Assembly: GCF_001194135.2 (NCBI RefSeq)
Contig: NC_069000.1
Coordinates: 21,672,674-21,736,673, forward strand
Source of the DNA: Octopus bimaculoides
Lineage: Eukaryota
Direction of reading: 5' to 3'
Length of the DNA stretch: 64,000 nt
Below the pieces are notes generated by a model. That model worked only from the letters and a program-made list of their open reading frames with translations. It had not been told where the DNA came from and searched no databases. Below are positions 50,441 to 63,290 of the stretch, one piece after another (position 1 is the stretch's first letter; every line of letters starts with the position of its first letter). Both the position numbers and the translations under genes were made by a program.

Positions 50441-51890
50441 GGGACACTAGTGTTGGCATATTCGTGAATAAGTCACTAACTGAAATATGTGGATCTATTG
50501 TTTAAAGAAAATACTATTGTTTAAGCGTTGTACTGGATAAATTGCGAAAATAACTAACGGTTCAAATACTAAGAAATAAGCATACTCACTTTCATTTTTA
50601 CCAAATAATTTAGGAAAATGAATAGGTTATTTCCCTTGGTTTTAAAATAAAATATATTAGATATATATAAGGATCTCTTCCAGGGGCCCTATTATCGATT
50701 TTTTTCAAGAATCTGAGTATGCCATGAAGTTTCCAGACATGAATTCTACACACCTGTCAAGTTTCATTAAAATCGATAAAACGATGTAGGAGGAGTTAGC
50801 TAACAACTTCACAAACACACCCATAGACAGAATTTCCCACATATGTAGTAGATATATATTCTATGGAAGACATTTCTCCTCAGCCATCTGGACTTTTTCT
50901 CTCAACCATAATCACTCCTTTGTCAATTCAGTAGTGGAACTTGAGATAGTTCAGCTGAGATAGAAGATTGCATCAGTCAAAGAGTGAGCTACTGGAGAAA
51001 CTGAAAGAATAGAGTAAGAATTAGGTACTGCAATAGCTTGGGATTCAATGGCCCACAGCTATTTAATATCTTGCTAAAATACCTGAGAGAACTACATGGA
51101 GTGGAGGATAGATGTTATAGAGAAGCACCTTGACGTTTTGCTCTCCAAGGTTCCAATGAACCTACTTCACAGCAAGAAACATAAACAAGAGCAGCAATAT
51201 CAAACTTACCCAATCACCAAAAGTCAACTACATGAAAATGGCTATTGGAAAGGTGGTGACCCTGACAGCACTGTCACACCATGGTCGCAGCCTTTGGGCT
51301 GAAATACATTAAGGAATGTGTGTGTGTATGTGCTTGTATGTGTGGTTATAACCTTTTACATATTGGCCATGTGAAGGTAATTTTGGTGTGCATGTAGGTT
51401 ACACTGTTGTTTCTTTTATAAAATCAAAATAATTTAGTCAGTGGTAGAAATCAGAGCCCATTGCCATATCAGGCTTGCCTGGACTTGTGAGATTGATGTG
51501 GTTAATATTTGGTTAGAACATCAACAGATAAACATCTGCAAAATGCAAATTAATGATCTGCTCTGAACAGTTGAAGCAGATTAAACATTCTTAAAGGCAC
51601 CCAGTCACCAAGGATTAAACTAAATGATTAAAAGCATTCCAACCATGACCATAATCATTCAGTTTGTATTTAGAACTACATTATATATGTTATTCACTTT
51701 CGAGATGGTAGAATATTTGACTGCTATTTGTAGCAGCCCAAATGATCACATAGGGGCATATGTCTTATATTAGATATTAAGGTGATGGTGGACTCATGTT
51801 ACACTTAAATTGGCATTTATTAATATTCCTTAACCAATCTATCTTAATCCTCAGCACATCTCACAATTCTCTTCTATTTCTCTTTTACAG

Positions 51891-51974
51891 TCAGTCGCTT
51901 ATTCTGTGAATCTGAATCTTTCAAGATGTATCTTATCTTGGATGTCAATACACAGACGTATCCAGTGGAACTTG
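51891..51974 (+). CDS. POLR2H: Internal coding exon (84 nt, phase 1/1) of DNA-directed RNA polymerases I, II and III subunit RPABC3 (RPB8)
   Basis: Translation (V)[27 protein letters not shown](G) matches the RPB8 segment I recall from human ([29 protein letters not shown]). It is flanked by a strong acceptor (ttctcttctatttctcttttacag|) and donor (|gtaagt). Not in the ORF track because it has no start codon. Confidence 0.93.
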
Positions 51975-52704
51975 GTAAGTCACACTTCATTTGATACTTT
52001 AATTGGTTTGTTTTGTCTCTACAGTTCACTGTCTATCTTTTATCTCACACACACACTCTCTCTCTCTCTCTCTCTCATGTATATTTAACTGTCCTATCTC
52101 TCCCATATACAATCAACTGTCTTCTCTTGCTTATATTTCGCTGTCCCTTCTCTTACATTTTACAGTCTTTCCTCACATGTTTCACTGTCCCTTCTCTCAC
52201 ATTTTACTGTCCCCTCTCTTACATTTCACTGTTCTCTTTTTAGATTCCAGTGTCTTAACATTTACTCAATATTTTTTTTTTGCATTTCAGTTTCCCTTCT
52301 ATATTTCAGTAATACCTCTACAAATCCTGACTGACTAGGTGAAATACTCACCTTTTTGTCAGGTGGCCTGACTAAATCAAATGTAAAACTATGCTTTACC
52401 CTATACTGCAACTCTTGTAGGAGTTCCACTTGTGATATTCCAGGATCTTAGTTGCCCTATCTTTATTAACTAATTTTATACCAGCTTATGATGGCCTCTG
52501 GTGTAACAACAGTGCTACAGCTGCAGCAGATGTTATCATTCTTCTTTTCTCATTCTTTTTCTATTCCTGTTTCTGTCTTTCCTTCTCCTCTCACAAAATT
52601 ACTGCAAGATAATCAATGAGTATCTCAACCTGTTAGATATAGCAACCAAATCACACCCTACTATCTTTAACATGTAAGGATACATTGGATCATGTAGTCT
52701 AAGG

Positions 52705-53002
52705 CAGGGGTTTTCAAACTTTTTGACTTGCAGACCCCTTTATATTCCAGGCTTTACCTTAGGGACCCCCTTATAAACGCTTATGAAATTTATACATAAA
52801 TATTTGCTTAAAATAACATATATTTTTACATTTATTTATTTAACAGTATCTAACAAATAGATTTATTGTCAATTAAAAGATTTCGATTAAAAAAACATAT
52901 ATAAAATCAAAATGCCTATAAAATGTATTTGCTGTCCACGGACCCCCTATCTTGTCCTTGTGGACCCCCTGTGGTCCGTGGACCACAGTTTAAAAACCCC
53001 TG
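52705..53002. mobile_element. hAT-type MITE
   Basis: CAGGGGTTTTCAAACT...AGTTTAAAAACCCCTG with an 8-bp TSD GTCTAAGG / GTCTAAGA. Confidence 0.88.
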
Positions 53003-53003
53003 G

Positions 53004-53107
53004 TCTAAGATATACAAAGGACAGGATTATCTAAGGTATACAAAGGACAGGATTATCTAAGGTATACAAAGGACAGGATTATCTAAGGTATACAAAGGAC
53101 AGGATTA
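53004..53107. repeat. Minisatellite, 4 x 26 bp (TCTAAGGTATACAAAGGACAGGATTA)
   Basis: Units counted directly. Confidence 0.95.
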
Positions 53108-53514
53108 TCCATCATAGATTTACTTGTGCAGTACTGACATCAAACAACAGCAACAGTATCATAAAGGAGTTTTTTTAAATGTAATATGTCTTTCCACTGT
53201 GGTTGTAAGTTTAATGAAACAGTGTTGTTTATTTGCATTTAATAGAGTAGAGCTAGGAGATTAACGGTCAAGTCAATTTCTTGCTACTTTGAACAACTTG
53301 CTTGAAGGCAAAACTCAACTTGCCACTGGTAAAACTCGGAATAATAAGAGATCGACTAAAAACACTATTTCAATGCCTTTTTTAAGTTTAGGAAGTGGGT
53401 TACATTACTGCTGGTTCTCTAGCTTTCATTCACCTCTTCCTTCCCAGGAGCTCCCTGTGTGCCTGTTTAGTCATATTACATACAACATATCTCTCACAAT
53501 GATCAAAGAATATC

Positions 53515-53722
53515 ACCATCATCATCATTTAATGGCCATGTTCCATGCTGGCATGGGTTGGATGGTTTGATGGGTTCCAATGAGTCCAACAACAGCATTG
53601 TGCTCTAATGACATAACTCTTTCCACACTTTCTGTAGTTTTTATGACCTGCTCCCACAATTTGACACCTCTGTAATTACTCCTCTCTAAGGCATCTCCTT
53701 TACCACTGTAACAGTGGTATAG

Positions 53723-53770
<48 letters not shown>

Positions 53771-54505
53771 GTATGTATATATGTAGGTATGTATATATCA
53801 TCATCATCGTTTAACGTCCGCTTTCCATGCTAGCATGGGTTGGACGATTTGACTGAGGACTGGTGAAACCGGATGGCAACACCAGGCTCCAGTCTGATTT
53901 GGCAGAGTTTCTACAGCTGGATGCCCTTCCTAACGCCAACCACTCAGAGAGTGTAGTGGGTGCTTTTACGTGTCACCCGCACGAAAACGGCCACGCTCGA
54001 AATGGTGTCTTTTATGTNNNNNNNNNNNNNNNNNNNNNNNNNNNNNNNNNNNNNNNNNNNNNNNNNNNNNNNNNNNNNNNNNNNNNNNNNNNNNNNNNNN
54101 NNNNNNNNNNNNNNNNNNNNNNNNNNNNNNNNNNNNNNNNNNNNNNNNNNNNNNNNNNNNNNNNNNNNNNNNNNNNNNNNNNNNNNNNNNNNNNNNNNNN
54201 NNNNNNNNNNNNNNNNNNNNNNNNNNNNNNNNNNNNNNNNNNNNNNNNNNNNNNNNNNNNNNNNNNNNNNNNNNNNNNNNNNNNNNNNNNNNNNNNNNNN
54301 NNNNNNNNNATTTAATGGCCATGTTCCATGCTGGCATGGGTTGGATGGTTTGATGGGTTCCAATGAGTCCAACAACAGCATTGTGCTCTAATGACATAAC
54401 TCTTTCCACACTTTCTGTAGTTTTTATGACCTGCTCCCACAATTTGACACCTCTGTAATTACTCCTCTCTAAGGCATCTCCTTTACCACTGTAACAGTGG
54501 TATAG

Positions 54506-54520
<15 letters not shown>
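53515..54520 (-). mobile_element. RTE fragments (RT N-terminal piece fused to 3' UTR, duplicated around a gap) plus a young 3' UTR copy at 53800-54017
   Basis: YSGKGDALERSNYRGVKLWEQVIK is an RTE RT motif, and the family tail is present. Confidence 0.8.
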
Positions 54521-54552
<32 letters not shown>

Positions 54553-54553
<1 letters not shown>

Positions 54554-54746
54554 TCTTTTACTTGTTTCAGTCATTTGACTGCGGCCATGCTAGAGTACCA
54601 CCTTTTATAGTCAAGCAAATCAACCCCAGGACTTATTCTTTGCAAACCAAGTACTTATTCCATCTATCTCTTTTGCCGAACTGCTAAGTTACGGGGACGC
54701 AAACACACCAGCATCGGTTGTGAAGCAATGCTGGGGGGACAAACAG

Positions 54747-54842
<96 letters not shown>

Positions 54843-54990
54843 CGGGCTTCTTCCGGTTTCCACCTACCAAATCCACTCACAAGGCTTTGGTTGGCCTGAG
54901 GCTATAGTAGAAGACATTTGCCCAAGGTGCCACGCAGTGGGGACTGAACCTGGGACCATATGGTAGGTAAGCAAGCTACTTACCATACGG
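54553..54990 (-). mobile_element. CORE-type SINE family A
   Basis: Full-length on the reverse strand with an internal (CA)/(TA) run. Confidence 0.88.
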
Positions 54991-55149
54991 ATTTATATAT
55001 GTATGTGTGTATCTTTGTATGTAAGAGTATATAAATATAAAATTTCCTGACATTCTGTATCACATTGCTACACAATAACAAGCGATACAATGCTGCATAA
55101 TATATAACCATGTATAATGATGATAATAATAATCACGACAGCAACACCA

Positions 55150-55790
55150 ACAACAATAAAAACAAATGCCTTTTGTTATTAATATGGGGTAGGACTGCCT
55201 TTGGCAGTAATTACAGCTTGAATTCTACGAGGTATGGACTCATACAAATTTTGAATTCTTTCCGATGGAATTTTTGTCCATTCTTCAGCTAAAACAGTCT
55301 CCAGTTCATGTAGTGGCTCCTTACTTGTTTTCTAAAATGCAGCATAAATGTTCAATAATATTGATATCTGGGGACTGTGGTGGCCATATAAGATGTTGAA
55401 CTCCACTAGAATGGTCCTCATGCCATTCTTTAACAACTTTAGCTCTGTGATTGCAGTTTCCCTCCGGAAACAGTTCTGCAACCATAGGATGAATTTGCTC
55501 AGATAGAATGCTTAAATAGTCTTGGCTATTAATTCTGCCATGAAGGGAAAGCATTGGTCCCGCAAACTCCCAAGATGTAGCCCCCCCCCCATCATCATAG
55601 ATCCGCCTCCGTGTTTAACTGTTGGAAGAAGGCAGCTTGGGTCAAATGCTTCTTTTGGCTGTCTCCACACTTATACTCAGCTGGTGGTTGGAAATAGGGT
55701 AAAGGATAACAAGTCCGAGAAAATAACATTCTTCCACTGCTTTAGGGGCCAATCTTGTAGGTTTTTACTCCACTTTAAGTGCCACAATAC
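55150..55790 (-). mobile_element. Tc1-family fragment, same family as 9673-10327
   Basis: GRINSQDYLSILSEQIHPMVAELFPEGN...LIWPPQSPDINIIEHL. Confidence 0.9.
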
Positions 55791-56524
55791 ATATGTATAA
55801 ACAGTTCAAAAATGTGTAAAATTAATACAAGAAAATGGAAAAGAAAAACATATAGTTGATACTTGGTTACATTCATCAGTATCACAATCAAAAAGTAATA
55901 CCTATAAGATTCAGGATATAGGGGGACCTTACCAAGAACAGAAATAATCAAAGAAATAAAAAAATTTAAAAAAATCCTACGTATGTTTCAATGTGGCTTT
56001 AGGTTTGAATTATCAGCATTCAAGCTAGTTTAGATGTAAAAACAAAAACACATTTAGGCAAATATCTTCAGGGATAGATGTGTACTTTCAGATGTTGAAC
56101 AACAAAATGAACTAAGTTGAGTACCCTGCTTTTAAATATTCAAACATAAACAATAATGTATTAGGACACCGATTTCATGTGAGATATTATACATTGAAAT
56201 TTTGCTAAAATACTAAAATGTATTTGAAAAATATACATATAAGGGATTAAGGGAATAGATAAATCATTTTATTATAATATGGGATGTTATGGGCTGTTAA
56301 GGGTATTAGAAACAGAATGAGAGATGAAATAGATATTTGAAGGGAAAAATCATAAATGAATTTGGGAAATCAAAGAGGAAAATAATTTTATATATACTAT
56401 AATAACTATTAACTATTTATTAATTCTGTGTACTAACATATAGATTCCAATATTCTGAGAGAAGTTACTGTTTACATACTATGGAGATGAATTTAAATAT
56501 TTATGCGAAAAAAATAGTCTTTTA

Positions 56525-56580
<56 letters not shown>

Positions 56581-56582
<2 letters not shown>

Positions 56583-57175
56583 ACGGTTGTCTACTCCTTA
56601 TACAGAGTGTGATCACCTCCTGTACCTACACCTTAGTACCATCATGGCGTCTGATGTGGTTTTTTAAACCAGACAATATTCTGAAAAGACAACCACATAG
56701 ATTGCACTTTTGATTTGGACCACCAATACCTGCAGATAAGTTCTACTCTTTGTGGATCTTAACATGTCTTTTGAGGCTTCCGTTGGATTTGCAAACCTTC
56801 TGGCATTCAAAGGTGTACACAGACATATCGTCAGAATAGTTGGTGGAGGTTCATTGTCTATGCGTTTGCAGATGAGATTTGAGGCCAGCCAAAGACAGGC
56901 ATTGTCTGTCACAGACTGTGCACACAAAAAGGTCATTGTCATTCACCTTCTCGATCATTACATTCTTCCTTAGATCTCTTTTGAGTCTTACTTATACTGG
57001 CCTCTTCAAATGCTTTTACTCCAATCCACACCTTTGTCTGCCATCCAATTCGATCCGAAGCAAGGGTTTCTATGTCCTTTGGATCCATTCCAAGTGACTT
57101 CATAGTAGTCCTTATGCTGTCCTTAAACCTTGTCTCAAGCTCTGATTTTCTGCCTATTTTTGTTGGAACCATTGA
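56581..57175 (-). mobile_element. RTE-clade LINE 3' end whose ORF terminates in three C2H2 zinc fingers (pseudogenised)
   Basis: RFKDSIRTTMKSLGMDPKDIETLASDRIGW, then CTVCDRQCLSLAGLKSHLQTH, (T)FECQKVCKSNGSLKRHVKIH and CNLCGCLFRILSGLKNHIRRH in one frame with two internal stops. Confidence 0.85.
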
Positions 57176-58158
57176 TATGGAATATCGAAATTTTAATCCC
57201 TTTCACACTTATAAAATGTCAAGCAAACTTAATAATTTCTCATTACCGTTTTAGCCAGGAGACCAAACTGATAGTTTGGTAACCCGCTAAAATAAACATT
57301 AAAAATCGAATGGAGAAAAATAAACAGCTCTGCAAGTTTAACTCAGTGGTTATTGAACAAGAGAGGTGCAAAAACTTGTTTGAATATACACATCTGTGAG
57401 GAGACATAAAGAAGAATAGTAGAAATCTACTATTCCCAAAAAACTGGTAATAAATACATTACAAGTGTTCTATGAAGAGAACATAAGATTGCTGCATAAT
57501 TCAACATGAATGTGAAACAACATTAAACATTGTATAAGGTAAATGAAGGTTTCTGTAGGAACGCTAAGTCATATTCACTTTGTGAGTTTACATGCGCAAG
57601 GATGAATTATGATGTTGTTTGTCGTTGTCGCCGTTAGATGCTGTAAGAACTGATACCGGTGATACCACCGGCAGTGAGGAATTTCATTATGTCATAACAT
57701 AGAGAAAGCTAGCGAATAGCTTCCTGATGCAAATGCAAGCTAGACTCCCTAAGCGGAGAAAAACTGATCTATTTAAGGAAATTGCTTGTCTCCTTTGCGA
57801 TAGGTAGAAACTCTAAGCAATGTAAAATATGGCTCAGACTGTGATTACCAGCATGAAAGTCAAACTTCAAAAAGTAGTTAACCATTTAAGGATTTTAATA
57901 AACTTATACAGAAAAAGTAAGCATTATACTGTCCAGCATAAATAAAAGTCAACTTCATTATATTTTTTTCTGTAAAAACCTAATCTGACATTAAATGAGT
58001 CAACTTCCCATACGTCATTTTTCAGCAAAAAAAAATTTCTAAAAAAATTCTGGAAACGATCTACTCATGTAATTTATGCACCCCCCTAAAGTTTATTTTT
58101 GTTTTTGTGGAAAAAATTGTGTAAATTACATAGGTTTTTTATAGTATATGTGTGTGTC

Positions 58159-58191
<33 letters not shown>

Positions 58192-59976
58192 GTGTGTACA
58201 TATATGCATGTGTGTGTATGTATATATATATATTTGTATGCAAAAAAATGTGTGTATATGTATATTTAGCTAAATGATAGAAAATTGAATGTATATTCTG
58301 TATTTAAAATCACTACAATTGTTTCAACACTAATCTTTACACCCATAGTACATTGGTGAAATATTGTGTAATCATTATTAACATGCATTCAAGGTGTAAA
58401 ATGCTTCTCTTCAGGTAATTGTTTGAATAAATCCTTTAGTAAATCCTACCATCATTTCACCCAGCGTGAGAATGCATACACAAAGTGATGTCATTTCCAG
58501 TAGCTTACAGAGAAAACTAAACTTACATATATGTTTGTAAGTATGTATGTGTATATATGTGTGTGTGTATATCTATCTATCTATCTATCTATATATATAT
58601 ATATANNNNNNNNNNATATATGTATGTATGTATTTACATGTGCGTGTATAGGTCTTTGGTTTGTGTTAGCTATCACAATGAAGGGTCTGCACAGTAATTG
58701 CCTACATTAGGAACTATTGTGTTTTTTGTGTTATTTATGTTGTATATACAAAGTACCCTTTTAATTGTTGTTTCTTTGCTGTGTTAAGTGTAGCTAATCT
58801 TTGTGATGTGCATGTTGGTGAGAAGAGCTTTTCTCTGATTCATCACATTTTAGAAATGGATTGTCTAAGATCCCAGGTAAAATGTTACATGTATGCTTTC
58901 TAGAATATAAGAAATTCTAACGGTGAAACTTTCATTAAGTTTCTTCAGGTTTTTGGAGGACAATTGTGTAATGGTAGGCATTATATTCCGAACTGTTACT
59001 GCGTAGGATTTGCAAGAGTGCAAAGTGCAGAAACGGGAAATTGAGCATAGCAACAGACTAAAGCTTTCGCTTCAAATAAATTAGCACACACACTTACACA
59101 CATAGAATGTGTGGAAAGATGCACAAAGGATTTTACTTGTAGAAAGTATAATTGTGGAATGGTGCAGTGATCTGATAAATACATACTCTAATTTACAGGT
59201 AGCAGAGTTCTGAAATTATGGTCAATTGAAGAACTTACTCAGCCAAATTTGAATGGTCTTTTAATTCCTTTCATTCTTTGCCATATGCTCTCCGCTGTTA
59301 CTACACTGTACCATTCACTACAATTCTGAGCATCTGTTTATTAATCCTTTCATTATCATATTCCTACCCAGAATACACTGTATTTGTTTCAGATAATTTT
59401 GGAAATGATGAATTTAGTAAAATAACTTTCCTATCATTAAGCTGGTGTTTCGAACATATATTAACATGAAATATTGTTGAAAGGTTTTAAATTTAGATCA
59501 CTTTAAGACAGGACATTTGCATCATTGAACTGTGGGCAGTCTCAGGCAGTTTGGTATCGAAAGTGTTAAAGATATATATTCCAGTTATATACTGGGGTAA
59601 ATCAACTAACTGGATGTCACCTAGCTCACTCCTTCCCCTCTCATTCTTCTTGGCATTGTGCCAAATCAATAAATCAGTATTTTAATCTCTGATGAGGGAG
59701 GAGACTGAAATCTCTTCAATAATAGCCTCTCCCATCACACCCCAAAACAATAATACAATGTTATGTATTAATTAGCATATGTTGGAGAAGTATAAAATGT
59801 GTGTGTGTGTTTGTGTGTGTGCTGTGCGTCTGTGATTTGCTTCATTTCATTAACTATTAATGAATTTCCAAAAAAAGAAAAAAGCTAATAACAAAATAAA
59901 AAAACGAACAGTATTCATCTCTCTTCCTCTTTCACTTCTGTCTGCCTTAATACCGTCTATGTTTATATATTGTCTG

Positions 59977-60052
<76 letters not shown>

Positions 60053-61258
60053 GATCTCCTTATCTGATTATATCTTATCTCTCTGTATGTTGTCTCTGTC
60101 TTTCTCTGTATCATCTGTCTGTCCATAGAAACTATATGACCATGCATACACACACACAATGTGTGTGTGTGTGTGTCTATGGTTATGTATGTGTATCTGT
60201 GAACTTGTATGTATTTGTGCATATGTAAATATGTGTGTGTGTTTATGTATATATATTACATTATGCTAAAGGTAGAATGGAAATATCCCTAAGCTGGCTG
60301 TCTGGAACTTACCTTTCCTTCCTTTCTTTCTTTTCTTCCATCTGTCTTTTCCTCTTTTTTTTTTTTCTGTCTTGGTTTACTTTTTGGGGGAAAAAAAATG
60401 TGAGATAGACAGGAACGATGATGTTGATGGTGATGGTGATGGTGATATGTTGTTGGTTGTGGGAGTGATATTGGTGGTTGTGGGAGTAACGTTGGTGGTC
60501 GTGGGAGGAAGGTTGATGGTGTCTATTGTTTTTCGAGGATTGTGGTTGTTGCGTGTATATGTGCATATATGTATACACACACACACATACACACACACAC
60601 ACTTGCACATATATACATATATGTATGTGTGAATATGTATTTGTGGTGAAGACTCGATGTGCATGTTTGTATATACTTGTTTTTGTGTGTGTATGTATAG
60701 GTGTTTCCCTGCGTGTAATTTTCTCTGCATATTGATGTGTGTGTGTGTGTGTGTGTGTGTGTGTCTGTCTAGGTATGCATAGATAGCTCTAGGTTTATTT
60801 ATATATGTAGTTACATATCCTTGTATGCATGCATGTGTGTATGTGTATATACATATGACTATATGCATTTAGTGTTGTTTATTTGTGTTTGCATGCATGC
60901 ATGTATCTGTGTATGTATGTGTGTGTGTGTGTGTGTGTGTGTATGCTTGCAATGTTCCCAGTTACCGGTACTTCCTGTCTTGCTCCCATATATAATGTAT
61001 GTTGTCTGGTGTATCTGTAATATATGTGTGAGGTATGATGTAATATATATGTAGAGAGGTACATAATGTATCGGTGAGAGGCACTGCTGCCACCATGTAA
61101 TAAATTCAACTCATGTGATGTCATGTGATGTAATGTTTGGCCTGTACGCAGCAGCCTTGCTGCCTCTTATCCACTTGTCTGCATCAATGTCTTCTTTTGC
61201 TGTTTCCTCCTCCTCCTCCTCCTCCTCCTATCCCCCCTCTACACAGCTGCATTTTTGT

Positions 61259-61260
61259 TG

Positions 61261-61315
<55 letters not shown>

Positions 61316-61590
61316 CTCTGTTTGTCTATCTATCTCTCTGTCTGTCTGTCTATCTATCCATCTATCTGTCTATCTACCCTTCTATTTGTCTGTCTGTCTA
61401 TCTGTCTGTCTATTTGTCTGTCTGTATGTCTATCTGTGTGTCTGTCTGTCTATCTGTCTGTCTGTCTGTCTATCAATCTATCTATCTGCCTATCTTCCCA
61501 TCTGTCTGTTTGTCTATCTGTCTGTCTGTCTATCTGTCTGTCTGTCTGTCTATCTATCTGTCTGTCTGTCTAGCTACCTACCTACCTGTT

Positions 61591-61629
<39 letters not shown>

Positions 61630-62130
61630 CTACCTAATTGTTTGTCTGTCTATCGATCTGACTTTTATCTATCACTCTTTCCATCCATGTTTGTCCATAT
61701 GTATGTCTCTCTGTTTGTCTGACTATTCGTCTGTCTGTCTATCTCTCTCTTTCTGTCTGTCTCTATCTCTTTCTCTTTCTTTCTTTCTTTCTGTTTGTCT
61801 GTGCCTGTCTGTCTAGCTATCTGTTTATATCTGTTTATCTATCGACCTGTTTGTTTGTCTATTTGTCTGTCTGTCTATCTCTGTCTGCTTGCTTGTTTGT
61901 CTATCTAGCTGTCTATCTATTGCTTCTCAGTTTTTCTGTCTATCTTCCTGTTTGTCTATCTCATTGTCCTATCTCCCTGATTGTCTATCCATCTATCTGT
62001 ATGTCTTTCTCTATTTGACTATCTTGCCATCCATATATCTGCCCATCTCTGTATTGTTGCCTATCCATTGATATTTGTCTGCCTGTCCAGCAATTAATAT
62101 ATATCTATCTGTCTATCCATACATATATTT
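61259..62130. repeat. Long degenerate (TCTA)/(TCTG) tetranucleotide array
   Basis: Direct reading. It explains the LSIY/SVC ORFs. Confidence 0.95.
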
Positions 62131-62179
62131 ACCTGTCTTGCCATTAACATATCTTAGAATTTACCTATTTTTTCAGCAC

Positions 62180-62229
<50 letters not shown>

Positions 62230-62232
<3 letters not shown>

Positions 62233-62841
62233 TAGCCATGTGGTTTCGGTTTCAGTCCCATTGTGTAGTACCTTGGGCAAGTGTCTTTTACTATAGCTTT
62301 TAACTGACATAAGTATTGTGAGTGGGTTCTGTAGATGGAAACTAACAGAAGCTCATATGTGTGCATGTGTGTGTGTGCATGCATGTTTGTGTCTCTTTGC
62401 TTTGCCTTGACACCATGCATCAGTAGCAAACAAGTGATATCTTTATACAAGCAGTGCTGTTTATTTTCAATCTTCCATGAAAACATGTCCAGTCTTGTGG
62501 AAACATTACCTTGCCTAGAAACAAGTGGAGGTTGGCAACAGGAAGGCCATCCAACCATAGGAAATCTGCCTTAACAAATTCTGCGCAAGAATCAAGAAGC
62601 GAATATTAAATGATGATGTATATATATATATATATACATACATACATTTTATATATATATATATATATATATNNNNNNNNNNNNNNNNNNNNNNNNNNNN
62701 NNNNNNNNNNNNNNNNNNNNNNNNNNNNNNNNNNNNNNNNNNNNNNNNNNNNNNNNNNNNNNNNNNNNNNNNNNNNNNNNNNNNNNNNNNNNNNNNNNNN
62801 NNNNNNNNNNNNNNNNNNNNNNNNNNNNNNNNNNNNNNNNN

Positions 62842-62907
<66 letters not shown>

Positions 62908-63290
62908 TTTACTTATTTCAGTCATTTCAATGTGGCCATTCTGGGGCACTGTGCTGAAGGGTTTAGTTGAGCAAACTGCCTCTGCTACTTATTTTACCTT
63001 TTTTTAAGTGTGGTACTTATTCTATTCATCTCTTTAGCCAAACCATTGAGTTCTATGAGATGTAAACAAGCCAACATTGGTCAAGTTATGGTGAAGGGGG
63101 AGACAAACGTAAAGCACTCACACACATACACACACAAAAGGCTTCCACACAGTTTCCACATCTCAAATTCACTCACAAGGCTTTGGTTGGCCTGGGGTTA
63201 TTGCAGAAGACACCTTCCCATGATGAGATGCAGGACTGAACCTGAAATCATGTGGTTGCAAAGCGAGCTTCTTAGCCACAAAGCCAATAC
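62230..63290. mobile_element. Convergent pair of CORE-type SINEs (62230-62610 +, 62905-63290 -)
   Basis: Family head and CORE blocks on opposite strands. Confidence 0.75.

Noticed and set aside
50690-50855. Resemblance to the 3' end of Helitron-associated (HINE-like) elements
   Set aside because: Only a vague similarity from memory, and the subterminal hairpin and termini could not be confirmed.
53520-54520. ~220-bp identical direct repeat flanking a repeat plus gap
   Set aside because: Perfect identity next to a gap suggests mis-assembly. It cannot be called a real duplication without reads.
60377-60868. Mucin-like TTTNVTPTTTNITP ORF on the minus strand
   Set aside because: A short 21-bp degenerate repeat embedded in (CA)/(TA) microsatellite, with no convincing exon structure.
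61115-61637. 150-166-aa LSIY/SVCL ORFs
   Set aside because: Translations of the TCTA/TCTG array.
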